Part shown: positions 37,228-56,814 of the stretch, piece after piece | How the letters are laid out: each line of letters opens with the position of its first letter | Numbering within the stretch: position 1 is the first letter of the stretch | Assembly (NCBI RefSeq): GCF_009914755.1 | Contig: NC_060939.1 | Source of the DNA: the human T2T-CHM13v2.0 reference genome, Homo sapiens | DNA: 64,000 nucleotides | Direction: 5' to 3' (one strand) | Position numbers and translations under genes: made by a program | Notes under the pieces: generated by a model | Seen by the model: only the letters and a program-made list of their open reading frames with translations | What the model was told of the DNA's origin: nothing | The model's database searches: none

Positions 37228-38963
37228 TATATAATTTATTAATATCCCATTCTTCTGCTGATGAACATCTGCACTGTTTCCAGTTTTTGCTATCATGTAC
37301 TATTCGTTGATGACTATCCTGGTGCACGTGGGCAGGAGTTTCTGCAAGGTATATGCTTATGAGTAGAACTGCAGGTCACGGTATGTGTGCATGTTCAGCT
37401 ATAGAAAAGAATGCCAAGTTGTATTCCACTGTATTCCAGAGTGGTCCCACCCATTTCCACTCCCACCAAGAATTCTCCTGATCCACATTCTGTCCAAATT
37501 GGCATTGTCAAACTTCTTAATTGAGGCCAATCTAGTAGGTGTAAACGATTTCTCTCCACAGTTGAATTTTACATGTCCATGCTGACTGGGGCATGTGTTG
37601 ACACGTTTATTGACCCTACATATGCCCACTTCCATGAAATGCCTATGTAAGCATTTTGTCCACTTTTCTATTGAGTTTTGTGCCTTTATCCTATTGATTT
37701 GTGGGAGTTCACTACATGAAATCATAATCAGTTATGTGTATTGCAAGCATCTCCTTCCAGTTGTGTTTTTGCTTTCTTCGTGATGTCTTTCAATAAAAAG
37801 AATGTTTAAATGTACTTACCTTTCAAACATGTTTTTCAGCTTTGGCGTTTCTCTGTCTTGTTTAAAAAATTCTTTCCAAATTTCTTACATCTTACATTTT
37901 ATTCTGTAAAGTTCCAATGTTTTGCTTTCACAGTTAAGTGCTTAAACCACCTGACACTGATTCTCTTGCATGGATAGCCAATGATCCCAGAACCATTTAT
38001 GGTAGACTCCCTGAATTCTGCTCCTGGCCTGCCCTGCATCGTTTCATATATGCTTCAGGCTCTATCTTATGTTTTGCTGATTGCATTGTCTTCCTTTGCA
38101 CCTACACTTACTGTCTATAGCTTAAAAATGAGTCTTATACGTGGTAGCATAAATTCCCCCCAAATTCTTCAGGAGCCTCTTGACTTTCCTTGGCCTATGG
38201 CTCTGTCATATAATTTTACAATTAGGTTGTTAAGTCTTACCCTCCCAACAAAAACATTTGTCAGGATTTTTAATGAAATCAATTGAATCTGATTTGGAAA
38301 AAAAAAACAGCCATCTTCACAGTATTGAGTTAGCTTAGACTAGCTCTCTCAATATGGTATATCCCTCCATTTATTTAGGTTTTATTTAATGTCTTTCAAT
38401 AAAGTTTTACACTTTTCTGCATATTCAAATTACATATTTTTTCTTAGATATAGTTCTAAGTTCCTTATTTTTGTGCTATTGTAAATAATGTCCTTAAACA
38501 ATTTACATTTTCTCTCTGTGGCTGAAGTATAAAGATACAATTGATTTTTGGTATATTAACCTTCTAGCTAACCACCTTGCCAAACTCATTATTTCTAATT
38601 GATTGTAGATGGCTTATTCCTGATTTTAAAGGGAATACTTTCAATGTTTCCTCATTAAGAATAAAACAGTTCTATTAAGTTTGTATATGTATTTTTTCTA
38701 TAACTTAAGTTCTGTTACGTTTTTCTATAAATCTGTCCATTACATCTGAGTTATCAAATGTGTAGTCTCTCATCAACTTTTTGATCTCTTCTGTATCTGT
38801 AATTACATCTTCCTTTTCATTCATAATAATGGTTATTTGTACCTTCTTTTTTGTTCTTACACATTCTTACCATATTTGTCTATTTTGTTAGAATTTTCAA
38901 GGAGCTACCTTTTGGCTATGTTTATCCTCTTTACTGCAGCCTTATATTCTATTTCGTTAATTT

Positions 38964-39105
38964 CTATTCTTATGTATTATGTTCTTTAAATTTATTCATT
39001 CTTCTTTTTCTAAGTAAATCTCATCACTTCATTCCTATTGTTATGTATTGTGTTCTTTAAATTTATTCATTCTTCTTTTTCTAAGTAAATCTGATCACTT
39101 CATTC
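38964..39105. repeat. 2 x 71-bp tandem duplication
   Basis: CTATT.TTATGTATT.TGTTCTTTAAATTTATTCATT...ATCACTTCATTC twice, about 3 mismatches. Confidence 0.9.
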
Positions 39106-39907
39106 ATTTTCAATTGTCAATCTTTCTAGGTACCTAAGGCTATTCATTTGCATTACAATTTCTTCTTTGATTAATGAGTTATTAAAATCTTTTTTTAATT
39201 TCCAAATATATTAGGGTCATTTATCCTTTTGTTATTTATTTCTAACTTAATTAAATTGTGGTCAGAGAATGTGATCTCCTTGATATTCATTCTTTGAAAT
39301 GTTTTGATATTTACTCTACAAACTAAAAAACTGCAAGATCAATTTCTTAAAGATAGTCCCTGTTTACATGAGAACATCTCTGAAAGCTGCAGAATTCTGT
39401 ATATGTAAATTATACCTGGTTGTGTTCTTTAAGTTATTACATAATTTTTAATTTTCTGTCTGATAGATCAACAATCAATATGTATTGAAATTTCCTTTTC
39501 ATGACAGATTGATCGATTTCTACCTCCATTTTTATGTGTTTTTTCTTTATACGCTTTGCAGTGGTTTAATCAAAAGTATATAAGCATAAAATTGTACCTA
39601 TTTGTTATATGTAATGAGCCTCTCTCTAACAAGGCTTTTTGACTGAAAGTCGATTTTGTCTGATATTAAAATGGCTCTGCCAATATTCTTTTGGTTGACA
39701 TCTGCCCACCCAAACAACTACACAAAAATCTACAATTTCCAAACTACATTGTGACCAGGGTTCATTCATCACAACCCCTACATACGTACGGTATTTTGCT
39801 TGTGAACTCTCTTCCCCTCTTCCTACCAAATTTTCTTACAGCTTTGAAATTTGCCTGGACTTCCTAAAATGACAATGTCCCAGGGAAATGTTCAATAATC
39901 TGGGTAA

Positions 39908-43815
<3,908 letters not shown>

Positions 43816-44473
43816 AATAATCTACGTAAAAAAAGAAATGTTGATGTGGCTGAAATATATATGTATGTATCTTGCAAATATAATTCATGGCTATTTTCCA
43901 TATAAATCATCTCAAATCAAGATTTGATTTTCTCTAACAGATCTGGTCTGAAAAGTATAGTTATGAACAGGAGTGGAGTCATGGGCATTCACTGCTTCTT
44001 TAATTGCATTTTCTGGAAAACTCTACAGTTCTATTTTTAACATTTGATCACACCATCAGTAGAGCTACATTCCACAAAGCAATTATGTTTTGCTCAGCAA
44101 AATATCAGAATGGAATAATATGCTGCATATTAACAACTGTAAGAATAGAAGCCATTTAGAACATTTTAGAATAATGATTGAGGTCATTTGTTCAGAATTT
44201 ACAGCAAATGTGTTTTAAAGACCCACTATCATGGAGTCCACTGTGAAGTCTAAGTTATGCACATCAGAAACTACAAATGCACAAGGAGCCCAGTATTTTA
44301 TCAAAACATTAATATCAGCACTATTAAAAACCAAACCTTTTATCCAGCACCCCCTGCTTACCAGCTCTCCCCATGTACAAATGCATTAGCATTTAATGCA
44401 ATATGCTTTCCTTTTCTTTAAGGGCTTTATCCAGATATCTAGAAAGTAGTAAAGTGGTAGCATTTAACTAACA

Positions 44474-44640
44474 CAGGAGTGGCAAACAGGTGGCAACTCC
44501 CTTCCTCGACCCAGAAGGACAAGGCTCATCTATCACCACACCCTCCGTGCAGAGTACAGAAGCCATCTTAGAATCCTTCTAACACAGTATTCCAGGCACC
44601 ATGACTTAGAATTTGTGTTGGCATGCCAGATCCCACCTAC
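44474..44640. mobile_element. MER102-like hAT fragment
   Basis: CAGGAGTGGCAAACAGG start; AATCCTTCTAACACAGTATTCCAGGCA. Confidence 0.5.
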
Positions 44641-44779
44641 CCGAAGGTGCTATATAAATAGGCTAGGGCAGCTAGGGGAATACAGTTATATGTCTTATTC
44701 ACAATTCTAAAAGGCAGTTCGTGGTTGCACAGGTCTTTCGCTTCCAGGTCGGATGGAGTAGTTAGCAGCTCATCAGTGT

Positions 44780-46140
44780 CCCCAGTAAGAACAACAGGAA
44801 AAGCTCAATAAAATATGGAAATCAACTCTCTGAAAATGGCTGAGAGTGACAAAATTCAAACAGGCTTGAGAGAGGAATGAACCTCCCTCCAAGAAGGGAG
44901 CTAAACTCTGAAGCTTCTTTTATCCTAGAAGTGTTCCAATTCTGGGCACAAGCAGCAGCCTGAGAACTCTGGCTATGCACCTGCTGAAAGCCAGTTCTGG
45001 GGGAAACCCCAGCAGGGCTATGGTTGGAGACTTGGGGTCCAAGCACATGGTTGGGTTTTCCCCTGGGATAGCTTTCCAATTCTGAGGGTAAGAGACTTAA
45101 ATTTTAACAAAAAGCCACTGGAAGGCAGCCTCAAAATAAAAATTGTAATTAGGAAACACAAGAGAGAGGGGCTGTGACAAATATAGAAGACTCTCATTTG
45201 AAAACCCTAAAAGGCAAGGACAAACAACAGCAAGACTGAAGCTTACCAGGGCTGCAAACCAGCTCTGAGTCAGCACAGTCCTTGCTTCAATGAAGGTGAT
45301 GAACACCAGATAATCTGGACAATAAAGTTAGCTGGCTGACTTCAAAACAATTATAGTTATTACGCCCAAGAAAACAGAGAAAAAGATGAATAAAATAAAT
45401 GAAAAGAAGAATTTCACCAGATAACTATAATTGGTAAAAATTAATAATCAAAGAGAAAATATAAAACTAAAAAATACAACATCTAAAATGAGTAACTCAA
45501 CAGATGGGTTTAACAGCAAATTAGATACAGAAGATAAGACTAGTAAACAGCAAGACAGGTCAATTAAAACAAATACCCAAACTAAAACCTAAGGAGGAAA
45601 AAAAAATTTAAGAGGATTAGAGAGACACAGGACACAATGAATGGGCCTAGTGTATGTGATTCAAGTCCCATTCAGAGAAAAAGAGAACAGGGTAGAAGAA
45701 ATGATGGCCAAGGATTTTCTAAAACAAACAAAACAGCAAATCTCAAATCGTTCAGTAAGCGCTGCAAAGCTAAGCTGGCCATTTACACAAAAGAAAAAGA
45801 AACCTAAATAAAAGGAAAAATCTTAAAAGCAGCAAAGGAGCAGATCTGGACGCACATATTACCTTCAAAGAAGTAACAAAAAGACTGGTAGTCATTTTCT
45901 AACAAAATTGATGGAAACCACCTTTTAAGTCCTGAAAGGAAGTAGCTGCCAACCTAGAATTCTATCACCAAGAAAATATCCTTCAAAAAAGGAAGCTAAA
46001 ATAAAAATGTTTCTGAGACAATCACAGCAGAATTTGTCACCAGCAAACTTACACTAAAGAAAAGAAAAATGACCTAGAGAAAAACCCAAATAAGGACGAA
46101 GAAATGAAGATTGATGAAAGGGATGAATGAATATGGACTG
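44780..46140 (+). mobile_element. Old L1M 5'/ORF1-region fragment
   Basis: GATGGGTTTAACAGCAAATTAGATACA; CTGCCAACCTAGAATTCTAT. Confidence 0.7.
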
Positions 46141-46329
46141 CGACCAAACTTTGGAAGTTATGAAAAGGACAGACAGGCAGTACTGATTTAGCCAAATTAA
46201 GAAAGATGGATCCTAAAGCAGCAACAGCAGCAGCAGAGAAGAGAGAACAACCCATTGTGCACCTCAGAACCCTCAAAAGATTCAGGCACGAGTCTCAACG
46301 GGCACCTCTGGAAGTGGGGCTAATTTGGT

Positions 46330-46845
46330 GTAGAAGGCTTGAGGGATTTGGGGGCTGATCAAGGAAGTAGATATGCTGAAAGGAAGCAGTAACACATGCA
46401 AGCTTTCTTAAAAGGTTATGTGGGAGGGGAAGTCCCTCACAGTATGACATCCACAGGCTTCAAGCAAGGGGTCTATCCAGAAGGGGAAGAGGACAAGGGA
46501 ACTCCTGGGGAAAGGGGGTCAGAGAGGAGGCTGACATAGCCAGGTGACAGTCTGTAGCAGCACAGCAGGGGGTCCCAGGGTCAGAGAGCTTTGATGGTAG
46601 CAGTGGCTTGGAGCTTTATAACCACAAGGCTCTATCTTACCAGAGGCCAGCTCACCGGGTATGCAAAGCAGTCAGGCTCTTAATGGCTAAAAATCTGCTA
46701 ATTCAGGCTATTTGAAAAAAATTAGACGTGTAAAAATTTGAGTTTGGTACCAGTGGGCTTCTGAGCTAACAGATCTCAGTCTGCTATGAAGAAATAAACA
46801 ACCTAGAGGCCAATATATAGTGGCCACCTTTGGCCTCTATATGAC
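46330..46845. mobile_element. Probable ancient solo LTR, family unresolved
   Basis: GC-richer ~500-bp block with TG...CA-like ends between LINE fragments. Confidence 0.35.
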
Positions 46846-47089
46846 ACTTGGGAAGGAGGGCTAAGATAAGGAATGGAAATTTGGACAGCTACTTGAAAAC
46901 AGATTTCCCAGCCCTGCACCCTAGCAGAATTCTGAAGGACTGTTCCCCTAAAAACATCAAAACAGGTCTGTGCTGTGGACTGACCAGCCCCAGACCACAA
47001 TGCAGCAACATGAGGCAACAGAAGGCATTCTGAGGCTGGTCCCACCATGCCCTCTGCCCCTGCAGCATCTTTTTAGGTGAAACTAATGC

Positions 47090-47760
47090 AGAATGTGCTC
47101 CACAAAACAAGGCAGCAAAGTCAGAATGAGGAAGACCTGAGATGCAGAAAATGACCCAGTGGAATTCCAGAGATGGCAGAAAGAGGGAACCCGGGCTGAC
47201 AGCTGTGTACAGGCCTAGAAAGCCACCAACCCAAGAGAAGAAAATGAGTCCTGGAGAAGAAAATGGGAACAGAAAGATAACCTACTAGAGCTGAGCTGAG
47301 TCAGTATTACTGAGAGGCTATTGCAAGAGGAGCTATTGATTAAGGCGAGGCAAGTACTGACTTCAAGAGTAAGTTAGTGAAAGTGAACATACCACTCTAC
47401 ACAGCTCTGCAGTGAATAATATCTGCATAGGTATAAATCCAAATACTGACTAAATTAAACTTGTAACATACCCACTCTGGAGGATGAGGAAGGGGAACCA
47501 GAGAGAAAATGAAAAGCTAAATCCTCACTGCCATAATTAGAAACCTACAATGATATCTACAACCAATTAATCAAAGATAGCAGAATTTGTATCTTATTTA
47601 GAAATGTGGAGACGTAGTAAGTCCCAGGGAAAAAAGCTGAATTAAAAGTAGTTGCCTCTGCACAAGTTAGAGCAGGGAACTACTGGGTTTTCCTATTTGC
47701 TATTTGACTTTTTAAACTATGTTTTCATTTCATTAGATGACATAAAAATTAACTTTAAAA
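47090..47760 (+). mobile_element. HAL1-like fragment
   Basis: GAGGAAGACCTGAGATGCAGAAAA...GACAGCTGTGTACAGGCCTAGA; similar fragment at ~33600-33750. Confidence 0.5.
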
Positions 47761-48130
47761 ACACATAGACATGAATATTTTTCCTTAGTAATATGAAACT
47801 TAAAATGCTCAAACTACGTAACACTAGCATCTATAAAACCTACAGGAAAACAGCTGATCATTTTACATTTAACTTTTTTTAATATAAAGAGAGCTTACTC
47901 TCCTAAATTAAGCCAAAACTCCCAGATCTCTCAATTTTTCATGGTGCCATGGGAAAAAGCAAATCTGATGTTTCTACCCTCAAAATACCAAAAGGATTAA
48001 CATCAGCTAATTTCTTCAATTATGACTTCATGAGTAACAGACTCTAAGTCCTGGACAGCAGCCAACATCCTGCCAGATGCTAAAGACAGCATGGTGGAGG
48101 CCTGAAAGAGAACTCAGAATGAGGACATGG

Positions 48131-48448
<318 letters not shown>

Positions 48449-49651
48449 GAATGAGGACATGGCCACTGACTGGTGCTGAGCAGGTTATCTCTCACCCAGG
48501 ATGGGGACCCCACATACCATTATCTGCTCTCCTGCCTCTCCGGGGGCTCAGCAACACTATGGCAGTGGACTTTGAATTACAGAGCAGAAAGAAAGGTTAA
48601 ATTCTTGGACTTGAATAAAGAGAACGGCAGGGTAAACTCTAGGAGTTTGTAGGGGGAAAGTCAGCAAGTTTGCGTGTTAAATAAGGGAAGAGTACAAGAC
48701 AACTATCCCAGTGGCTGTAAGGCCAAAGAACTCTGAGGCTCTGTAATGTCGGAAGTTGCTGGCTCTCTGCTATGCAAGGTAACCCTACCCCCACCCTCTA
48801 CCATCTCACCTACAAAATCATCAGTAAATTTATCTGGACAAAGATACCTTTGTAAGAGTAGACCAGGGTGGAGTGAAGGTGACAAGGACTCACAAAGGTT
48901 TTGAGTGTGAAACTTAGGTAAGAGAGAAAGAACAGTGCTGAGACAGCCCCTGAGCATGATGGATCCAGGGGGATGGAACTTGTACTCCATGGAATTAGAA
49001 GTAAGTATGGAGAGAGTTTGGGACATTGTGGCCAATGGAACCGGTGTACCTAAGAAGGCTAGGGGATCAAGATGGAATCTGAGATGCAGAATCCAATGTA
49101 TAATTTCGGGATAGGTGAGTGTGTCTTTAATGTTTTACAAAATATTAGTTTATCAAAGAACACATATAAAAATGGGTTCCACGTCAACGAGGTCTGAAAA
49201 CATGACATAGTATACCCTTTTCATGCAGAGTCACGGTGCACATGAGAATAACACAGTCAAGCTAAAATGCACACCACAGGAAAGAAAATGCTTCAACCCT
49301 GAATAACCCCGCCTGCCCCAAATGTGACCTTGGAATCTTTTTAACTCAGAATACACATTTAACATCTTGTATACACAGTTGTTTACTATACATGTTAGTG
49401 AAAATGCTGGCATAGGAAATTATAGTGGGAATTCAGAGAGAGATAAGTTAGGGTTTTTTTCCTTCACAATGAAAATTCCTTCTTCTGACTATACATATAA
49501 ATAGTACACCCTAATGCTGCTAAATTTAGTTAACATGAAAAATTCTAGAGAAGAATGTAAAATTCACCCACACCACCATACACAAAGATAAACCAATGGC
49601 AATGTTTAAATGTATTCATACCTAGATTTTTTTGTTTACAAAGTTTATTTG

Positions 49652-49949
<298 letters not shown>

Positions 49950-50085
49950 TTTGATTTTTTTCTAAGGACTCCGTTCACAGTACACAGTTTTTCCTTTAAA
50001 AATATATCACAGACGTATGTGGACACCCATCCTCCAATGATGTACATTCAGACTATCTCAATGGGAAAAAAAATGAGGCTTACAT

Positions 50086-50642
50086 TGTGTCCGCAATTTA
50101 TTCTTCCCCGTGGGTTCTTGGTCTTGCTGACTTCAGGAATGAAGGCGTGGACCCTCACGGTGAGTGTCACAGCTCTTAAAGATGGTGTGTCTAGAGTTTG
50201 TTCTTTCAGATGCGTCTGGAACTTTTTCCTTCCCACGGGTTTGTGCTCTCACTGACTTCAGGAAGGAAGCTGCAAACCCTCAATGTGAGTTATAGCTCAT
50301 AAAGGTAATGCAAACCCAAAGAGTGAGCAACAGCAAGCTTTATTGCCAAGAGCAGCAAAAATACAAAACCTCTGCACTACCTAAGTGGACCCCATGGGGC
50401 TCCCACCGCTGACTGGGTGGCTTTTGTTCCCTTATTTGGCCCCGCCCACATCCTGCTGATTGGTCCATTTTACAGAGCGTTGATTGGTCCCTTTTACAGA
50501 GTGCTGATTGGTCCCTTTTACAGAGTGCTGATTGGTGTGTTTTTATAGAGTGCCGATTGGTGCATTTACAATCCTTTAGCTGGACACAAAAGTTCTCCAA
50601 ATCCCCACCTGACCCAGAAGCCCAACTTGGCTTCCTCTTTTA
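50086..50642 (-). mobile_element. LTR12-family (ERV9) short solo LTR
   Basis: TGTGTCCG...GGGTTCTTGGTCTTGCTGACTTCAGGAATGAAG; tandem GCTGATTGGT...TTTTACAGAG units; TSD ACAT/ATAT (3 of 4 match). Confidence 0.88.
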
Positions 50643-51154
50643 ATATTGCTATTGACTCTATTCTGCCCAGTCTGGGTAGGCGCCAACCTCTCAGGTGAAA
50701 GGAGCACAAGAGAAGGTAAAGGCTGTCTTGACCTGTAGTGACCCAACACCAGGTCATCCACAACAGGGAGAAGAGGTACTGAGAGGGGCCCTGCAAAGTC
50801 CTGGTTTATTTATTCCGTTGGTAACCATGAGGCAGAGGAGACACACCAGGCAGTGCCCCAGGAATCCTCAAGCTCACAGCTTTTTCAACACATTTCCTTT
50901 TCTTTACAACTGGAGTCTTTCTGAAAGTTGTCTTCTGCACAAATTGCTACCAAAATCCTCGCCAGTGTCTCTCCCACTGCAGGCGCAAGACCAGCAAGCC
51001 TTATCATGTCTGTGTCTCCAAGTATCTTGTTCTTGCTGACCAAGTCATGGTTTTCTAATTCTACTGACACAGTACATTCTATTTCCATCATCAAAACCCA
51101 TCAGACAGATGACAGATCTGCAAACACCATAATGGGGTGATTATACTTTTATGA

Positions 51155-51482
<328 letters not shown>

Positions 51483-52104
51483 TTTTATGACTAGTTTTAA
51501 ATCTTCTTTATCCTGTTTGGAGTTATATTTTTGTATTGCATTCTATTTGATCATACGTGGACAGTCCTACTTTCCTTTACTTGGCCACTGCCAGATAGCT
51601 CTTTGCCAATGCCCTGGTCTGTTATTTTAAGCTATTTGTGTTTGTTTGTTTGCCAATAGTATCTATCTGATTTTTGCTTTTTACCCCAATCTAAAAGTGC
51701 TGTCTTTTAATAGAGGAAATTAAGTAACACCTTTAGCGTGGTAGCTAACATAACTGAATTATTTCCTAGCTTATTTACTATATTTCCTTAATTTTTGTTT
51801 CTCTAATTTTCCTGTCTTTTGCTATTTTGTTCAATTTTTGTTGTTTGCTTTTTCTAATGATTTGGAAATTATATATCAATTTTCTAACCAAAATTTTAAA
51901 TCTATGTTTGAAATTATATATCTAATAAGTATATATCAATAGCATAGATATCTATAGTCTCTATGCAACATGGCAAAATTTTCTACCTCAACCTGCCTCC
52001 CAGATTTTATCAAAACAACCACATTAGCGTCAACAATTCAAACTTAACTTTATGTTTCATTGGTTTAATTGCTTACTTCTGCAGTATTTATACCAATGCT
52101 TCCT

Positions 52105-52265
52105 GTTTATCTTTAATAACTAAATATAATTATTAAATTTATATAATTCTATAAATTATTGAATTTATATAATTATTACATAAAGATAATTGATTATTTT
52201 AATAATTAAATAATTGATTTATTTTAATAACAAGTAAAGGTATTAAATATTTAATAATAATTTTC
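52105..52265. repeat. AT-rich low-complexity tract
   Basis: Almost entirely A/T. Confidence 0.85.
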
Positions 52266-53514
52266 CTCATTTGGCTTGTGCACTACAAGTCATTTCCTTT
52301 ATTCAGAAATGGTATGCAGAAATTTGGAGTCCACTGTATTTCTGAAAATCACTTTCATGTACCCATTCACATACATGAGCTTAGAAATCTTGCATACAGA
52401 AAGCCTAGAGGAATCTTGCTTAACAACCTGTTCCTTCTAAAATATGCAAATGTTGCTGCATTATCTTCTAGCATTTGACTTTATGGATTAAAATCTAGTA
52501 TTAATGTGATTATTTTCTGTAGCCTGCTTTGTCTTGTTTAACGCTTATCTTTGATTTTTTTTGATTACTGAAATTCAGAAAATGTTCTATTACATGAATC
52601 AAACCTAAAACAAAAACATCTCCTATATGCCTGTCTGACGTCTTACATGTATCTTCCATGACCTTTAGCTTTTCTCTCCTAATTTCCCCATCTTGTCTCA
52701 TTCCTCTCAGTTGAAAAATAGATCCCCCAGGTGATATCCTAATTCACTAATCCAATGTTGGTCATCTGGTTTCCTTCTCACAGTAACATTTTCGTGTCCT
52801 CCGTCTGCCTCCACTGCACTTGACAGTCTCTTCTTTTGCAATGTGGCACCTCTCAGATCTCACAGGTCATAAGCCAGAGTTGTTTTGAAGTTTTATTCCA
52901 TTTCTCTGTTTCACTGTGTGCCATTTACTCCATTGGCTTTTGGAGTTGGTATGTGATATATCCTAAACATTCACAAATACTTCAAAATGCTATGCACACT
53001 GGGCGCCGAGTGGTCAGTGTGATGCCCGAAGCTTGGGGCAGTGCATTACATACAGAAGTAGAAGAGAATTGTCCAATCAGAATTAAACATGATGGCTTTG
53101 ACCTACTGTCTGCAGGAAATAAGTGATGAGAGAAGGCCAAAGAAAACTGTAGCCATGTGGCCTCCAGATGGACCTTATTATCTTATGGGTGCTTGGTTTC
53201 TTTTTGTTCTTTGACCCTAGGTGATTTATTTTGTTATATTTAAAGCAAACTAGCAATTTCTGCTCTATAATTAAAAGTATGTGTATGTCTTTATAAACAC
53301 TGAGTATATATACTATTAATTGCTGTTGTTATTTTTCCATTCTCAAAGCTTTCCAGGCCTAATCGTTATCCTGCAACAACTTTCAAAGAAGTGAGAGCAA
53401 TGATTTCCTCTCCTCCACTGTTCATACGAATCATGGAGAAGCGGGGTTGAAAACGAAGACTGCCTGAGCCCCAACCCCCGGAGTCCAACTTGGGGTACCT
53501 GAGATATAGCCCTA

Positions 53515-53981
53515 TCTGTTAGTTTCCTATTGCTGCTGCAACCAATGACCAAAAACTCAGTGGCTTAAAACAATACAAAATTATCACCTTTCAGCTTTTG
53601 AGGTCAAAAGTCCAAAATGGGTTGGGTTGGTAGGACTGAGCTCCTTCTGGAAGCTCCAGGGGAGAGTCCCTTTCCTTGCCTTCTCCAGCTTCCAGAGACT
53701 GCCCTCAGCCCTTGGCTTGTGGCCCCACTGCACTCCTGAGTTCTGCTTCCATCCTCGCCTCTCCTTCTCTGACTCTCCTGCCTCCCTCTTTCCCTTATGA
53801 GGGCCCTTGTGACTACCTTGAACCCATTCAGATACCCGGCATAACCTCCCCATCTCCAAACCCATAACTTCACCACATCTACAAAGCCCCTTTTGCCATG
53901 TAAAGTAATACATTCATAGGTTCCAGCGATTAGGAAGGACGTGGACATCAGTGGGGTTGGGGGTACGAGTCTCCCTATACA
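53515..53981 (-). mobile_element. MLT1C/D MaLR LTR
   Basis: TTAGTTTCCTATTGCTGCTG...AGTGGCTTAAAACAA; TTTTGCCATGTAAAGTAATACATTCATAGGTTCC. Confidence 0.85.
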
Positions 53982-54366
53982 CCCAGAAACCTGCACTTTG
54001 AACAAGAACCAGCAGACTGCCTGGTGAGAAACACCAAATCACACCCACTACATGGTGGCTGGAGCTTTTTCCTTTAGGACACTCTTCAGACCCATCACCT
54101 TAAAAGTCCGAAACCAACAGAGTGATAAATATCATAATATAAACAAAACACCATCCTTGACAATTTATTAAGATAAAATATTGCAGTATGTACCTAGACC
54201 TACCCAGAATTCATTTTTAAGTGGAAAGTTAAATGACAGAACAGAAATGTCTAAGAATCATTGGGGAAAAATACAAGTCAAACCCAAAGCCAAGTCCGCT
54301 TTCCACAGCAGAATCAAGATGACACCCTGTGGAGACTCCGATACACTCAAAAAACATACTTCCATG

Positions 54367-54697
<331 letters not shown>

Positions 54698-55205
54698 TAA
54701 GCTCTTTTCCCAAAAAAAAAAAAGTAAAATTTCTGAATTGTTTAAATACATTATTAGGAAACAGAACTTAAAAGGCCAGTCCTCTTAGTACATGCCCAAA
54801 TTCCAAATGTGTCACTATTTCTATAATAAATAGCGCCAGCACTGACAGACTTCATAATGCAGGGTTTCCTGTGCTGCCATTCACCAGCACACACAAAAGT
54901 GAGAGTAATGAAAATGTCAGGAAACGGCATCCCATTTAGAAACCAGGAAATACAAAAATGCAGCTATCAGTCATCCCTAAGGCTGGCCAAATAAAAGGTT
55001 TTAAATATAGTCACGGATCACCAGTGTCACAAGCAACAACATTCACTGCACAGAGAGGCAGCAGAATTTGCAGCATTGAGGATTTGCTGGGTGGCTGATG
55101 AGATCTGCCCACTTTGAACTTGCTCTCAACTGACATACCCAGATCTGTTTTTACATTAGCTGTCAAAATGATAGGTCTCCTGCATCCTATGCCTGCACTG
55201 TTAAT

Positions 55206-55658
<453 letters not shown>

Positions 55659-56636
55659 AATATTTAATTTTTGAATTTGGGACTCCCACGTTGGAGCTGG
55701 GATTTTGTACTTACATGTATACTCTCTAGCACATGTAACCCATTAAAAACGTCACCTGCTTTGCCGGTTGCAGTCCTTCCTCCCCTCTGTCCTAATTCTG
55801 ACAGGATCCGGTAGAAGGGACAAATTCGTCTGTGGTTGAAATCTACGGACAGCCATGAGCTGAAACTACGGACCCCGTAGTTCTCAAAGGAATACAGAGA
55901 AGCAGGTATGGAATGCCAACAGGGCTGTGCAATGCCCGATCCGGGCCGGCGTGAGGGCACCTCCATGATGGGGTGAGGATGAGGGAAGGAGTCCCAGTTC
56001 AAGAAGCCGTTACCAAAAGGCACTCCTAGCGAGCCAGGTGGCTTCATTCATCCATGCCTGATGTAAAGCCACCCACATACCTCATCTATACAATAGGGCT
56101 GGGCGCAGACTTTCAAATACCTATTGAACCTTTACTTCCTCTGAAACCCAGAAGCCTGTGTTACAGACCTCAACCACCACATACACATTGTCTCTAAGGA
56201 GAAATCAATTCCGTGGGGAAAACCTGGGAATGGAGGAAGCGGAAACAAGAAAGTGGGAAGTGGGGAAAGGCAAGAAGGCTTTCTTTCAGAAGGTGAGTTA
56301 GAGATACCACCTGTCTCCCCCATTGATAAAAGGCTCCTCCCATGGCTGGCTCCACTCATCCTGCCAGCCTCATTTCAAAGGCCACAGGCTCAGAGAGGTC
56401 CCTGCTGAGCCCCGAGTCCACAGCACAGCCCTGGCCCCTCTCGATGGCCTTGCAGTTTTATCTTAAACATGTATCTCTGTATGAAATGGTTTCCTTATTT
56501 TTTGCCTGTCTCTCCTGCTCTAGGACGTGTACTCGCCAGGCAGAGGCCTGGTGTGTCTTCTCCAAAGCAGTATCTCCAGCTCCCAGCACAGGCCTGGCCC
56601 ATAGCAGGGACTATGATCATTATGAATGCATTGAGA

Positions 56637-56814
56637 AGCCAGGCATGGTGGCACATGCCTGTAATCACAGCTACTCGGGAGGCTAAGGCAGGAGAATCAC
56701 TTGAACCCGGGAGGCAAGCAGAGGTTGCAGTGAGCCAAGGTCATGCCACTGCACTCCCGCCTGGGCAACAGAGTGAGACTCCATCTCAAAAACAAACAAA
56801 CAAACAAACAAAAA
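56637..56814 (+). mobile_element. Alu right monomer inserted in L2 3' end
   Basis: TSD GAATGCATTGAGA at 56624-56636 and 56815-56827; (AAAC)n tail. Confidence 0.92.

Noticed and set aside
52143-52176. 15-bp imperfect AT-rich inverted repeat
   Set aside because: Expected by chance in a nearly pure A/T tract
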